Shown: positions 23,944 to 37,862, numbered from the stretch's first letter. The stretch: DNA of 64,000 bases from Octopus sinensis (GCF_006345805.1 NC_043001.1:60078001-60142000); one strand, 5' to 3'. A program made the numbers and translations. Notes: generated from the letters alone by a model not told the origin.

Positions 23944-25317
23944 ATTAAATTTGTTATAATTGTGAAAAATATAATATAACCATATACATATAAATATAAA
24001 AATATAAAAATGTAAAATATAAAAATATAAAAACTTATACATCATAATGCTACACTTATATAATATAATACTTATTGGTACAATAAAGGAAGGTAAACAG
24101 AACAAAATAAAACAAAATATATATCAGTGTATATACTAATATTAATAAGTACCGATATTATACATATTTGGCTAATAGTTTTTTTTAAAAAAACTAACAC
24201 ATAGGGAGATGAAAAATATAATTAAAACCATGGTTCAGTTCATAAAATTCTAAAGCTATGAAAGTTAATAAAATTACTATTAATATTAATAATAATAATA
24301 ATAATAAAAAATAATAATAATAATAATAGATACAGTTAAGTTAGCACCAAGTCCATCCTTTCAAGATCGAAATAACTATGAGTTTTAGAAATGCTGATCA
24401 CTAGGTAAAGAAAATTTAGATTAATTCGATTGGCTATTGGTTTGAAATTTAAATCACAAAAGAAAATTATACGGTTGGTTAGTCACGGAACGCCAATATT
24501 CACACACGCATCTACAGATCAATCGCACATACACACATAGTTATATGTATATACATACACTTATACACATACATAATCACAAGCAACAACTAGCACATAG
24601 ATAAACAAAAAGGGAAGCAGCTATGCTACCATTTAGTCCTTCAAAATTATAACTGTGCTTCAAATAACGAAAAAAGAACCACCCATGCATTTCATAAAAT
24701 ATTTAATTTAGATATAAATATATTTTTAAATATCAATATGTTACTAAGTCAGAAAATTATTTCATGGGTAACTTAAAATTTATAACACCGGTTTGTTGCA
24801 TAGTAAACATACGGTTGTTTAGATTTATCGTAAGTTTGTTATGATTCCAAGTACGCTAAATTATAAAATATAAAATATATATTAATTTATATATTATAAA
24901 TAAATCACTTATTTACTTAATAAATTTAATGCCATAATATACCAGTTTTGGCATTAAAAAATAGAAGGGGAAGTACTAATGTAAACGCTTATGAGAACAT
25001 CACAGAAATTTTTAAAAATTTATATTATAAATACTTAAGGTAAAATGTGAAAAGATAAATAAGAAGGAATAAAAACTAAGGAATAAATACGGTTATACAC
25101 ATATTATAAGTACAAACCAGTATATATGTATTCATATATTATTAAAATTAATAAAAATAATGATAGATATGTATGTATAAAACTACCCTAGTATAAGTAA
25201 TAAGTAAAAAATAAATAGATAACAAATTAGATGACTTGATATGTATGTAAACATCTACACTTAAATAGGCAAATAAATAAATAATTAGAAGACTAAATGC
25301 AGAGATTGATAACATTA

Positions 25318-25351
<34 letters not shown>

Positions 25352-26030
25352 AAATAAAGTGAATATATGTTATATTGTTGAAAGTAAATATGTATGGAAG
25401 GATAATTTAAAGTACAGATCCAGAGGACTATAGATATAAACTAAATATATAAGGCTGGTAATATTTATAAAGCCAAATGTATGTAAATGAGAAAATGAGA
25501 AAAATGAAAAAAATGAAAAAGGTTTATTAGTGAGTAGCATAAGATACAAATTAAGGTGAGTACAAAGAAAGACCAAATATACAATAAAAACCTTCCAAAA
25601 AACACATACAAAAAACCTATATTCTCTACCTAAACACACCAAACTTATAAAAGGCTCTCATATATTACATATTATACAATATCCTTACATTATCTAGAGC
25701 TAGGTATCTAACCAAGATATACATATATACTATGCAATATACTATGCAATATTAGAAAACTTCAAAAATCACATATTACAAGGCAAATACCAAAGTGAAT
25801 ATGTTATATCGTGTCATATTGCATTTCCCTTAAAAAACAAACAAAAACCCACATACAAAAAACAAGAAACAAATAATACTAGACACATCTATTATTATTA
25901 TACAAATGTAGCTATAAAAATTATAAAATTATAAATTTATAATTTGTATACTTAAGAATTATAGAAGACCACAGGTATAGTTAGTTAAAGAAGGGAGTTA
26001 AAAAATTAATAATAGTGGAAGTGCTAAGTT

Positions 26031-27734
26031 CTATTTGAATCTAGAAAAGGTGAACGGTAGCCTATGAATGCAAAAGAAGTTTTTTTCATTAATGTTGTTA
26101 ATAATTTGCCGACCCGCTTTAATAATGAAAAAAATTTCATTAATACATAGAGAGCATTTTTTATTTTTTCCATTATACACAGGTGCTGAAGTTAGTATTT
26201 TCCAGTTTAATCTAAAATCTAAGTTCTTACTTTTAAGTTCCCAAATGTAAGCACTTAGCCCTGTAGAGTACATTCTATTTTTATTTCTAAAAGTATATCT
26301 GTGATAATTCAATCTTTGTTTTATGCTATTCATAGTTGCCCCGATATACACCCTACTACTCAATTGTGTATCTACAGTGCATTGGTAAACTACCTCCTTC
26401 CTGAGGCATTGATTACCAAATACACATTTATTTTTGTTTCTGAAATTACAAAGATTAACAGAATGAGGAAATCTAAGATTGGTCTCCACCCCTATACTAC
26501 CATTCACATTATAAGTGTTACAATTGTTATCATCATCCAAACCCAAAATCAACGAATGAGTTAATTTCACATTATCGGCTATATTCCTATCACTAGTACT
26601 AGTATTGGTAGTAGTAGTATGATCTATTACATTTATATTATCTCTGACAGGTACGGTGCACTCATTATTAGTAAGGGGGTTGTTCACATTCGTTCTAAGA
26701 AAGTTACTGTTCCTATTATTATTAAAGAGGGGCACATTTCCCTGGTCTAAATTCAATTTTCTATCCTTATAGAAGTGATCCAGTTTCCTGTTATTAAAAG
26801 AGGAGATAATGGTGGCTAGATTATGGGTAATGCTATATCCCACTCTAACAGTACTGTTGTTAATTAAAGGACTAAATTTATTCTTATCCTTACCAAAATG
26901 CCTAAATATAACATTATGCAAAGCTCTCACTATGTTTGTTTTAATCTGCATTGCATATGGGATAATCAACCATAGTGTATCCTTATCAGAAATAGGATTG
27001 CCTATAGAATTATTGTTATTTGTAAAAATCCTATTCCTAGACCAACCCATAGGATTACTATTCTTACCACTGTCATTGTTATATCTAACTATATCAATAT
27101 TCCCATGGTTATTGCGCAAGTAAACTTTACCATTATCATGTCTACCATAAGTTTTAATTAGTATATTATTATTAATATTACTACTATTACCCGTATGCTC
27201 AGATCTATTTGAGCTACCGTTCACCTTTCCGAGGTTAACATCACTTCTACATTTATTATAGGTGTTATCATATATTCCATTTTTACTATTCATATGTATA
27301 TTGTTGCTTATCCTAAATCTATTGGTGTTGTTCCTGATAGTTCTACCTCCATTAGGAGGGTTCCCCTTAGGTATAAACCATATCTTACTTTTGTATCCTG
27401 CCTTAAGCAATGCTGCATTGTATCTATCACAATGCTTGTTAAAAATTTCCTCGTTAGAGGATAAACTAGAAATTCTCTGACTAATGCTACGCACTAGTGC
27501 ATTTTTAATTTGAGGGGGGTGATTACTTGAACGGTTAATATATATTAGGTTAGAATTAGGTTTAATATAGGGTTTATGTAAACCATTAGTAATGTTACAA
27601 TTAACATCTAAATAATTAGCAGAATAATTTTCACTTTCAATGATAATGGATAGGCCGAAACTTTTAAAAAATTTATTTATTCTTTTTTTCAGAAGATCTA
27701 ATCTCCTATTTGATGTATTCTTAACACAAAATAA
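26031..27734 (-). CDS. PLE polyprotein, 5'-truncated: RT C-terminus/thumb, Asn-rich linker, Cys cluster, GIY-YIG endonuclease (567 codons without a stop)
   Basis: Frame stays open upstream of track ORF 26031-27494: LFCVKN...FGLSI...NYLDV...KPYIKPN...SNHPP; VVYQCTV...VYIGATM...KQRLNYH...LSAYIWELK...CSLCINE. Confidence 0.9.
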   Translation of the reverse strand, partial: LFCVKNTSNRRLDLLKKRINKFFKSFGLSIIIESENYSANYLDVNCNITNGLHKPYIKPNSNLIYINRSSNHPPQIKNALVRSISQRISSLSSNEEIFNKHCDRYNAALLKAGYKSKIWFIPKGNPPNGGRTIRNNTNRFRISNNIHMNSKNGIYDNTYNKCRSDVNLGKVNGSSNRSEHTGNSSNINNNILIKTYGRHDNGKVYLRNNHGNIDIVRYNNDSGKNSNPMGWSRNRIFTNNNNSIGNPISDKDTLWLIIPYAMQIKTNIVRALHNVIFRHFGKDKNKFSPLINNSTVRVGYSITHNLATIISSFNNRKLDHFYKDRKLNLDQGNVPLFNNNRNSNFLRTNVNNPLTNNECTVPVRDNINVIDHTTTTNTSTSDRNIADNVKLTHSLILGLDDDNNCNTYNVNGSIGVETNLRFPHSVNLCNFRNKNKCVFGNQCLRKEVVYQCTVDTQLSSRVYIGATMNSIKQRLNYHRYTFRNKNRMYSTGLSAYIWELKSKNLDFRLNWKILTSAPVYNGKNKKCSLCINEIFFIIKAGRQIINNINEKNFFCIHRLPFTFSRFK

Positions 27735-28261
27735 TTTTCTTTTGTGATTTAAATTTCAAACCAATAGCCAATCGAATTAATCTAAATTTTCTTTACCTAG
27801 TGATCAGCATTTCTAAAACTCATAGTTATTTCGATCTTGAAAGGATGGACTTGGTGCTAACTTAACTGTATCTATTATTATTATTATTATTTTATTATTA
27901 TTATTATTATTATTAATATTAATAGTAATTTTTATTAACTTTCATAGCTTTAGAATTTTATGAACTGAACCATGGTTTTAATTATTATTTTTCATCTCCC
28001 TATGTGTTAGTTTTTTTTAAAAAAAACTATTAGCCAAATATGTATAATATCGGTACTTATTAATATTAGTATATACACTGATATATATTTTGTTTTATTT
28101 TGTTCTGTTTACCTTCCTTTATTGTACCAATAAGTATTATATTATATAAGTGTAGCATTATGATGTATAAGTTTTTATATTTTTTATATTTTACATTTTT
28201 ATATTTTTATATTTATATGTATATGGTTATATTATATTTTTCACAATTATAACAAATTTAA

Positions 28262-28382
28262 TTTAATTCTCTGAAGAGGCCGTGGGGCATCCTTGTTAAT
28301 GCCTCATTTATACCTGCCTTTATGGCTAAGAGGTTAAATGAGGTATGACTGCCCTCACTGCCGAAACAGCTGTCAGTTTTGA
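28262..28382 (+). ncRNA. Type-I hammerhead in inverted pLTR copy
   Basis: CTGAAGA 28271-77; P2 GGC/GCC extended; GAAA 28363-66; CAGCTG; GUC ending at 28374. Confidence 0.7.
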
Positions 28383-28738
28383 TTTAATTGCATATTATAT
28401 TTGAAAAAATTTTTTACTTATATCTCTTTATCTTTTTACTATTACTGTATATCTCATTTTATATAATGCCTTTACTCATATGTAATGGTGTATTAAAGTA
28501 TTGATTGGGTATCATCGGATAGTTGATGTTTTATTGATTTAAGTATGTTTCTCCATTCTCTAATTTTGTAGTATTAATTTACGGTAATATTATTACCTTT
28601 ACCCATATAATACAATAGATGAACTGATTGTTTGACAATTTTTAACATCTATGTATTAATCTTGTTGGGTACCTATCTGGCAGTATATTGGATATATATT
28701 ATCCCATGGTGGGTTGAATTTTCAACCCCTATCTCATT

Positions 28739-28775
<37 letters not shown>

Positions 28776-28854
28776 GATGATGCCCGTCCACTCTTGACCG
28801 AGGAAGCCTATTGCTGACCTTTAGGAATATTGTGCGCTCTAGGACTAACTTATA

Positions 28855-29243
28855 TTTAGTTCTTTATCATCCACAGGGGACTAAACATAGAGGGGACAAA
28901 CAAGGGCAGAAAAAAGGGTTTAAGTCAGCTACATCGACCTCAGTGCGTAACTGGTACTTATTTAATCGACCCCGAAATGATGAAAGACAAAGTCGACCTC
29001 GGCGGAATTTGAACTCAACCTAATGATAGACAAAATACCTATTTCTTTACTACTCACAAGGGGCTAAACATAGAGAGGACAAACAAGGACAGACAAGGGG
29101 TTTAAGTAGGTTACATCGACCCCAGTGCGTAACTGGTACTTAATTTATCGACCCCGAAAAAAGAAACTCAGAACGTAGTGGCAGACGAAATACCGCGAAG
29201 CATTTCGCCCGGCGTGATAACGATTCTGCCAGCTCGTCGCTGT
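28855..29243 (-). mobile_element. CORE-type tRNA-SINE, tandem partial copies
   Basis: Head GGCG..GAGCTGGCAGAATCGTTA, B box GAGTTCAAATTCC, CORE-like GTCGACTTTGCCTTTCATCCTTTCGGGGTCGAT on the minus strand. Confidence 0.85.
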
Positions 29244-29329
29244 AGGACTAACTTATAATTTGCATTTGCGGCTTCGTTGGTGGTTAATGTTTGCATACAC
29301 GCCTGCAAACATTCCAAAGCAAAATGTTC

Positions 29330-29550
29330 CTATTCACTAAAATAGCAGTGCACTTTCAGACAACACGCTTAAATTCTTCATACAGGACCTGCTTCCTCCA
29401 TTTGTGGTGATGACAGGCATTGCTCTCCAAGTCGGTCTACTGCATATCACAGTCCTTGAATGAAGACTTGACACACACCTTAATTTTCAGCCTGAGTTTC
29501 TGCCGGGGTCACTTTCTCCTAACAAATTCCCCATATAGCATCCGTTTAGG
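29330..29550 (-). pseudogene. RTE-clade LINE 3' coding remnant
   Basis: Minus translation PKRMLYGEF..RK*PRQKLR.K..VKSSFK...LESNA...KWRKQV matches the RTE C-terminal pattern. Confidence 0.65.
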
Positions 29551-29588
29551 GATCCTACTATACATACATACATACATACATACATACA

Positions 29589-29620
<32 letters not shown>

Positions 29621-30372
29621 CATATGTGTGTGTGTGGGGGGGTAATACAAAGTATAAACAATGGTCATTAAATATTTTTTTATTGCAATAAATTTGACTT
29701 CCAGCTGTTTCCAGTAGTCACTATAGGTGCGTTATTGATAGGTTTAAAATATTTGTCCATTGGTCGGTCGAGAAAAGTTTGAATGCTGCATTCGTCAGTT
29801 ATTCTGGTAACCAGAAATTCTTCTGAAGACAGTGGTGTTAGATTATAAAGTATTATTCTTTGCCTGATTGATATATCGCTCACTGATAACTATGTATGTA
29901 TATATGTGCATATATGAATATATACATATATATTTTTCCGCTGCTGAAGCCCGGTTTATGGGGGGGGGGTACTCTAGGTTTCCCGTCCATAAGGGCTTTA
30001 ACTTTATGTCGTATCGTCAGACTCCAGAACCTGATGGTCTAAGACCTCTTTAAAATACGGAGAGGAAAAGCCTCGATAAAAAGCAAATGTTAACAGAGGG
30101 ATTATCTCCATTTGCTAAAGGCTATCGACTTCCAGTCGTACTGCCGTCATTCAGCTATGAGGGCCAACAATTGGGGATTATATCCCGGTCCCATTAGCTA
30201 TCAACTTCTGGCTGTGCCGCTATCTTGCGGTTCCCGAAATTCCAGCAGAAAACGCTTAAAATGCAAACATGGTCCGAATATTTCCTTTCTGGTGTTAAGC
30301 ATGGTGCCTGGTTTGAGTGAGTCTTTTAGGAACGCATGAGAATTCTAAAAGACTCACTCGAACCAGGGACCA

Positions 30373-31052
30373 TAAAGTCATCCCATCAATAATGCATTTT
30401 TTCATTTGCACGAAGGAGGGAGATGACACTACCTGTATCAACATGCTATAAAAGAAGGTATTAATTTAACTTATTCTTAGTGCAAGTTTTCAAGAGTGCA
30501 ATTCGATTTTAACAGTTATTTCTTCCAAGCTGTAATGGAAGTGACAAAAAGCATATTCGGCTTATTTTGCTTTATGAATTCAATAAAGGCAACAACTCGA
30601 AAGAGAGTACGAAGAATATTAATGCAGTATATGGAGGTCGGACAATAGGCGTAAGACAATGTCAACGGTAGTTCCAGAAAGTGTTCTTCCATGAGGATAG
30701 GTTTTGGCCACATACAGCGATTATTACATTCCGAACGGTGAAGTAGTTTAAATGGGAAACGATGCCAACCCAACTTATCAACCGGACATTGCCCTATCTG
30801 ATTATCATTTATTCCAGTCTTCAAAATAATTTGGACAGAAAGAGTATAAATTCTGTAGAAGAGCTCAGAACAGTACTGAAGAATTTTTTATCACGGACAA
30901 GAGAATTTTGGAAGAGGAGCCTTGCAAGTGTACCAGGTATATGGCAGAACATTGTAGAAAATAAAGGAGAGATTAAAAAAGAACTTGGTTTATCTTAATT
31001 TTTTTAAAATAAAAGAAGTATAAAACTGCATTATTTATGGGTTGAGCCAATA
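30373..31052 (+). mobile_element. Internally deleted mariner
   Basis: Imperfect ~27-bp TIRs (CCCATCAATAATGCA / TGCATTATTTATGGG); N-terminus IRLILLYEFNKGNN...CQR.FQK; C-terminus SLQNNLD...VEELR...FWKRS..SVPGIWQNIVENKGE. Confidence 0.8.
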
Positions 31053-32589
31053 TATGCATAAAGAAAGACTGCACGCATGCGAATTAAACCGATTGGATAT
31101 GGAAGAATATCATCTGAATGTTTCCTCCAAAGTATTTTGCAAATTCTCTAGAATATACTCCTTGAAATATTTAATAAAAATTTAGAGTATTTTCTCATAA
31201 AAATGACAAAATCTGCCTTATTTTGTGAAGAATAATTCCCGAACGGCATATAAGGCAAATAAGTTTGTATATAAATCCACCTAATATTTTTCCAAATGTT
31301 GAATAACATATCGGTTTGAAGCAAATAATTTTATTCTAATAAAAATGAAATTCAGCAATTGCTACGACTGTTTTCAAATTGTGTTAAGTAACGTCTTTGC
31401 TAATTAACGTGATTCAAAATCATTGAATGTTATAGGAAGAGACCAAACAATTTTTAAGTGCTAATAAGTCACATAGGATGTATTTCTATTTAATAGCATC
31501 AGTAGTTACAAAAACGTTCGATGCCAATGCATAGAACTCCAGTAATTTCGCATATTTTGCAGTTGCAGAATGATATTGTCTAAAGATCCACCTCAAGTTC
31601 ATAGCAATTGTGAATGAAGCATCTTTAGTGAGCGAAAGCTGTTACAGGAATAGTTACCAAGCAAGTCATCATTTTCAACTAAGTCGTTTTAGTACCCTAG
31701 GCATATAGTAATTTTTTAAGTTTACTTTTGAAATTATTGGTTACTTTTCACAATAAGAAAATATCGTCTCGTATCATCGTGAAACCGATATTAATATTGT
31801 GATAGCTCCAGGAATATCAATGGAAATTGCTCAGAATGAAAAGCACCTGTGGCCTGTTATTCGATGTCCAGGACTGATTTGTTTACGATTATTATATCTT
31901 AGAACGTCAGCGTAGTTTCGGAGATGAAGCTGACATCTTCTGAGGATTGATTTATTTTAATTATTAAGGAATATATTTGGTCATTGATTCTGTAGATTTT
32001 TGAAGAAATCTATGAAGTTATTTAATGAAATATTCTTAAAAATTAGATTCACACTAATAGTATAACTGTGAAATCTCATATATTGCGCCCATTAAGGAAA
32101 GATTAATAGGTACTAATATAAAACACACTGGAAATGGAAATAGCTGGAGATGTTTTTTTACACAATCTGATTTAAAATGCTACATTTTATAAAGGTTGGC
32201 CAAAGAAAAGCATACGTCAAATTTGAAATTGTTTTTACAAGATTACAAGGTCAAAACTTTCCTTAATTTAGTCTCTTTCTATTTCACACGTGTTTGCTTT
32301 TTACCACAAAGCTATTTCTTTTTCTTGACGTCCAAGAATGATTTGAAGGAGAAATAAAGGTTCACATTAACGAGAAAGCAGGATGGAATAATTCCCACTA
32401 GCCGAACTCGATAAATGACATCCAATGTAGTTGTATTAAATCGAAAGCCAAGTCAAGTCTACCATCAGACATCAAGAGCTTTTTAACGCAGTTACGCTTA
32501 AAGTTGTCTTCTCTTAAGTACTTAAATTCAACATTTTTCCAAGTTCCCAAAACTAACACCCATTCAAATAATACATTCTAATATAGTCA

Positions 32590-32942
32590 CAGAAACTGAA
32601 ATTTGGGGGTGGAGGAATACTAGTCAATTACATCGACCCCAGTGATTCACTGGTACATATTTTACCAACCCCGAAAGGATGAAAGGCGAAGTCGACCTCG
32701 GCAGAATTTAAACTCAGAACGTAGCGACGGATGAAATACCTATTTCTTTACTACCCACAATGGGCTAAACACAGAGGGGACACACAAGGGCAGACAAACG
32801 GATTAAGTCGATTATATCGACCCCCGTACGAAAGGATGAAAGGGAAAGTCGACCTCGGCGGAATTTGAACTCAGAACGTAGCGGCAGACGAAATACCGCT
32901 AAGCGTTTCGCCCGGCGTGCTAATGTTTCTGCCAGCTCGCCG
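32590..32942 (-). mobile_element. CORE-type SINE, tandem partial copies
   Basis: Same motifs as 28855-29243. Confidence 0.85.
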
Positions 32943-33379
32943 GCATTCAAATTCATATAATAGTTTTGTCGTATACCAACTATATAATAAACGGAAATAA
33001 CCTGATAAAATGTAAATTGTATACAGTGCGATTACAGCCTCCTTGATCCTGTGCTTAGAAAATATACTAAATTGACATAAAATAAGGCTCAGGTTGTTTT
33101 ACTTGCATACAAATTTTGTTAGTTGTCAATGCAAAGTATTCTTAACGAGTTTTTTGTTTGTGCAGGTATTCTTTCTAAATGCAATTGTCCATCATGGCCT
33201 AAACTAGTAAGATCTCCTTCTATAAATGAGTGTAAATTTCAATATTTCATCCCAGGGAAAATGAATATTTGCAGAGATACCCATGGTATTTTCGTTCAGT
33301 TTTACAAAGAATAGGTTAAGTTTTCTGAACATTACTGTTGTCAAATTTTGGCAAAAGTCCAGAAAGTTTGGAGAAAAGG

Positions 33380-33549
33380 ATAAGTCAATTTCATCAACCT
33401 CAGTGTTACACTTGTACCTATCTTATCGACTTCAAAAGGATGAAAGCAAAGTCGACCTCTGTGGAATATGAACTCAAAACGTAAAGACCGAGAAAATGAC
33501 GCCAAGGCTTTTGCCCAGCGTGATGACGAGTCTGCTATGTCACCGCCTT
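33380..33549 (-). mobile_element. CORE-type SINE, diverged
   Basis: Head and CORE motifs on the minus strand. Confidence 0.7.
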
Positions 33550-33570
33550 TAGTTTATTAATTTAATTATT

Positions 33571-33730
33571 AAGTTGGCGAACTGGCAGAATCGTGGCATT
33601 TCATCCGGCTTTACGTTCTGAGTTCAAATACCATGGAGGTCAGCTCTGCCTTTGATCCTTTCGGTGTCGATAAAACGCGTACCATTTGAACTCTGGGGCG
33701 GATGAAATCGATTTAAAACCGCCTTCAAAA
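33571..33730 (+). mobile_element. CORE-type SINE, diverged
   Basis: GGCGAACTGGCAGAATCG...GAGTTCAAAT...GCCTTTGATCCTTTCGGTGTCGAT. Confidence 0.7.
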
Positions 33731-35050
33731 CTACTGTCATTGTACTGAAAATTTTGAAACCGTTATCAATTTAATTCTTGGATTTAAATATTTAACGTTT
33801 GTTCAACAATTTACTTTTAGGCTGTTATATCATACAATTATTGAAAAATCTCGACAACTTTTTCTTTCTTTCAATTTTGTTCTTTCAATTATTTGTGCTT
33901 TCAAATGAAAAGAGTTTTTAAAAAATAATTGCATGTTTTTAACATAATTTCCCTTATAGCACGTTTTTAATTTTGGTTTCCAGATATTGTTTTGGTTTCA
34001 CACGTCATATTCTTTAGCCCATTTCAATGCATTTTGTTATATTTTAAATTTGCTGTGCATTCCTTTAAAAAATCAGAAGTTCTATATCAAATCTCTTTTC
34101 TTCTTTACAGTCATCTCTTTCACTTACATTTTAATATTCTCTTTCATCTGAATAACTTATAAAGCCGTAACCTTGCGGCTTGGCAAAAAAAAGTCGATAG
34201 ACTAAGTACCCGACTTGATAAATAAGTACTGGATACAATCAAATTGACTAAAATTCTTCATAACCGTACCATAGCACGGTTGCAGTCTAATGACTGAAAA
34301 AAGTAAATGATAAAATATATTACATCCCCTCTGTAAGTAAATATTCTTGAACGCATTTACACTCATTAATAGTAGCGAGGCGGTAACTTAGAGCATTGAA
34401 CAGATTATTTTGCATTATACATTGTATCTCTGAAAACAACTCAATTTCATTCGATTAGATATTGGCCTCGAAATATATAGCGATAAAGTAATCTTATCGA
34501 TATGTAATATATAGCGATAGAGTAATCTTATCAATACATATCATCCTATTATTTCCTTACCATTTGCGAAATCAGCGCGCAATTTCTACGGTAAGTCTTA
34601 TTAAGTGACAATGCAAGCTAGCTTGAAACTAGGCAGTTTATGAGAGCCACTGGCGTGCATTAATGAAATGTGAAATTACTAGTGATCTGGCTACATCCCA
34701 GATGCTGTAGGGAGCTAGCATCCCCTGTCAGTCATAAGACAAATGCTTTCTCTTGGCTAAGTGTTGCTTTGATTTTTATTTCTAGCAATGCAGGTGGTAA
34801 ATAGTACCTGTAGTTTTTAGCGACGTCTTACAATTGTAAATTGCGAATAAGTCACATTTATTACTCGTACATATATGCTCATTGGAACACTGAACTCAAC
34901 ACATTATTTTCATTTTTCGCTCTGTATATGTTTCCGCTTACTCCGTTCTCTAGTACCGAAAGGTAAAAGACTTTTCCATTTTCACCGAGAGTCAAACTAA
35001 TACACTTACGTGTTCCTACACATGTCTTCGTCTTTGTTTTCTATATATTT

Positions 35051-35089
<39 letters not shown>

Positions 35090-35114
35090 GCTTATATATA
35101 TATATACACGTATG

Positions 35115-35168
<54 letters not shown>

Positions 35169-35177
35169 CACACACAC

Positions 35178-35620
<443 letters not shown>

Positions 35621-35733
35621 GGTCAAAAATAAAAAGGAAGTAGAAAAACAGGCATCAGCCGTCCACGTGCAAATACATTTTAAAAACAATTGTGTGTTTG
35701 TGTGTGTTTGTGTGTGTATATATATAATATATA

Positions 35734-35825
<92 letters not shown>

Positions 35826-35895
35826 TGGTGCTATTAAGTTAGACATGGCCTGGGCCAATAATGGCCGAAACCTATCAAAGTATCAAAGTATCAAA

Positions 35896-35947
<52 letters not shown>

Positions 35948-36133
35948 GTATGTTTGTATGTATGTATATTTATATTCGTTGATGCACGTATGTATTTGGT
36001 TATTTCCTTTCTTTTCTGCTGTATCTACGACATGATGCTTATATTTCATGCAAATCCTGGTGGGGAAGGATGTTACAAACATGTTTCCGGTACGTTAGGA
36101 CGTTGGTGGAAATTGTATTAGATAATGATACTT

Positions 36134-36202
36134 CTTCTTCTTCTTCTGCGTCTTCTTCTTCTTCTTCTTCTTCTTCTTCTTCTTCTACATATTATTATTA
36201 TT

Positions 36203-36248
<46 letters not shown>

Positions 36249-36292
36249 CCATCAGCATCACCACCACCACCACCACCACCACCACCACCACC

Positions 36293-36350
<58 letters not shown>

Positions 36351-36375
36351 CATCATCATCATCATCATCATCATT

Positions 36376-36453
<78 letters not shown>
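36134..36453. repeat. Compound trinucleotide microsatellite (CTT)(ATT)(CAT)(CAC)(CAT)(ATT)
   Basis: Read directly from the sequence. Confidence 0.95.
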
Positions 36454-36455
<2 letters not shown>

Positions 36456-36665
36456 GGCGGCAAGGTGGCAGAATCGTTAGCATTCTGTGCGAAATGTTTA
36501 GCGGTATTTCGTATGGCGATACGTTCAGAGTTCAAATTCCAACGAGGTTGACTTTGCCTTTCATCCTTTCGGGGTTGATAAATTAAGTACTTGTTGAGTA
36601 CTGAGTGTGATGTTATCGAAATCCAATCATTGTGCCTACAAAATCCAATCATTGTGCCTTTAGTA
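36454..36665 (+). mobile_element. CORE-type SINE
   Basis: AAGGCGGCAAGGTGGCAGAATCGTTAGC head, B box and CORE motif. Confidence 0.85.
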
Positions 36666-36699
36666 GGTAGGATTAATATTATCATTATTAGGTTATATT

Positions 36700-37520
36700 T
36701 AATCAGCACGTGTGTTACAATCACTTGCCAAAACACACCCAGCGTCCTACGGTGAGTGAAGCATAGTGGATGTTACAGAATGACTTAAAGCTTTGAAAGG
36801 GCAAGTGGCAGGGGCAGTAGGGAAATATTTTCATACAATACAACACAGACATTTAAATAGATTGGGTTTTCCTAAGTATGTAGTCAGTACTTGTAGGCGT
36901 AATCTTTTTAATTACTCTGTGACATGATAATCCTAGGATCTTATCTAGATGTTTTGATATCCCTTTTTTATCATATATAGGGCACCTACAGTAAGAGGAG
37001 CAGTTCTTGATTTAAGATGCCACATCTTTTGTATTTCAACTTGCAGGTCCTTAAATTTACTTAATTTGTGAACTTCCCTCACAGATATATCTTTAACAGG
37101 AAACACTTACATTTATTAGAATACAAATATTTTCTTCCTAGTCTTTAATTATTTTGTCTGGTCGATTATCCTGGATAGTTTTCTTTGTGTTGACTGGAAA
37201 TCACAAAGGATAGTGGCATTTTTACAAATGGCTCAGGATGATGTTGATACAAATAAGCAGGAGTGCTGATTTTGTAGTGCTTACATATTTTCCACTGTAA
37301 ATATTGTCCTAACTTATCGTGGCGATGTTTGTAGTCGTTGGGTGTGAGCACAGGACATCCCGAGGTCAGATGGTTTATTGATTTCTGAAATGTGTCACAG
37401 AACCTGCATTAAAGGTGAAATCCATTTAGAAGAACGTTAGCCTGGTAGTGTTTGCAAGCAAGTTTTTTTCTTGTGCCGTCAATATGAAATCTTCAGATTC
37501 TAATGCGTTGTTGCTTGGTC
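36700..37520 (-). mobile_element. R4/Dong LINE 3' remnant
   Basis: YKHRHDKLGQYLQWKICKHY region before the REL endonuclease; 3' UTR similar to 46420-46570. Confidence 0.75.
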
Positions 37521-37614
37521 TACATCAGCATTTCGACTTCGAAATATATACTGTCCGCTCCTGAACTTTTTCCTGTCCATATTTTTTTGCAGTCTGCTTG
37601 ATAAAATAGTGAAT

Positions 37615-37795
37615 TTGGTGGAAGGGATTTAAGTGAATTACATCGACCAAGTGCGGAGCTGGTAATTATTTAATCGACTCCCAAAAGAATGAAAGACAAA
37701 CTTGGCCTCGGTGAAATTTGAACTCAGAATATAGCGACAGACGAAAAGCCTCTAAGCATTTCTGACAGCGTAGCAACGGTTCAGTAAGCTCATCG
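37615..37795 (-). mobile_element. CORE-type SINE
   Basis: Head and CORE motifs on the minus strand, abutting (TAA)n. Confidence 0.75.
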
Positions 37796-37827
37796 ATTTA
37801 ATAATAATAATAATAATAATAATGATG

Positions 37828-37862
<35 letters not shown>

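Noticed and set aside
26031-27734. Selenoprotein-type (Naiad) PLE
   Set aside because: The endonuclease is C-terminal and the frame has no in-frame TGA.
28855-33730. tRNA genes or CRISPR-like repeats
   Set aside because: The tRNA-like boxes belong to SINE heads, and the recurring units are SINE pieces without regular spacers.
35821-35880. GGCC-AATAAT-GGCC-GAAAC with ATAGGT/ACCTAT, suggesting a type-III hammerhead
   Set aside because: No CUGANGA or UUGAUAA core, and the triplet is GUG rather than NUH.
36070-36586. Apparent poly-His/poly-Ser/poly-Ile protein
   Set aside because: A compound microsatellite running into a SINE, open in several frames and on both strands.
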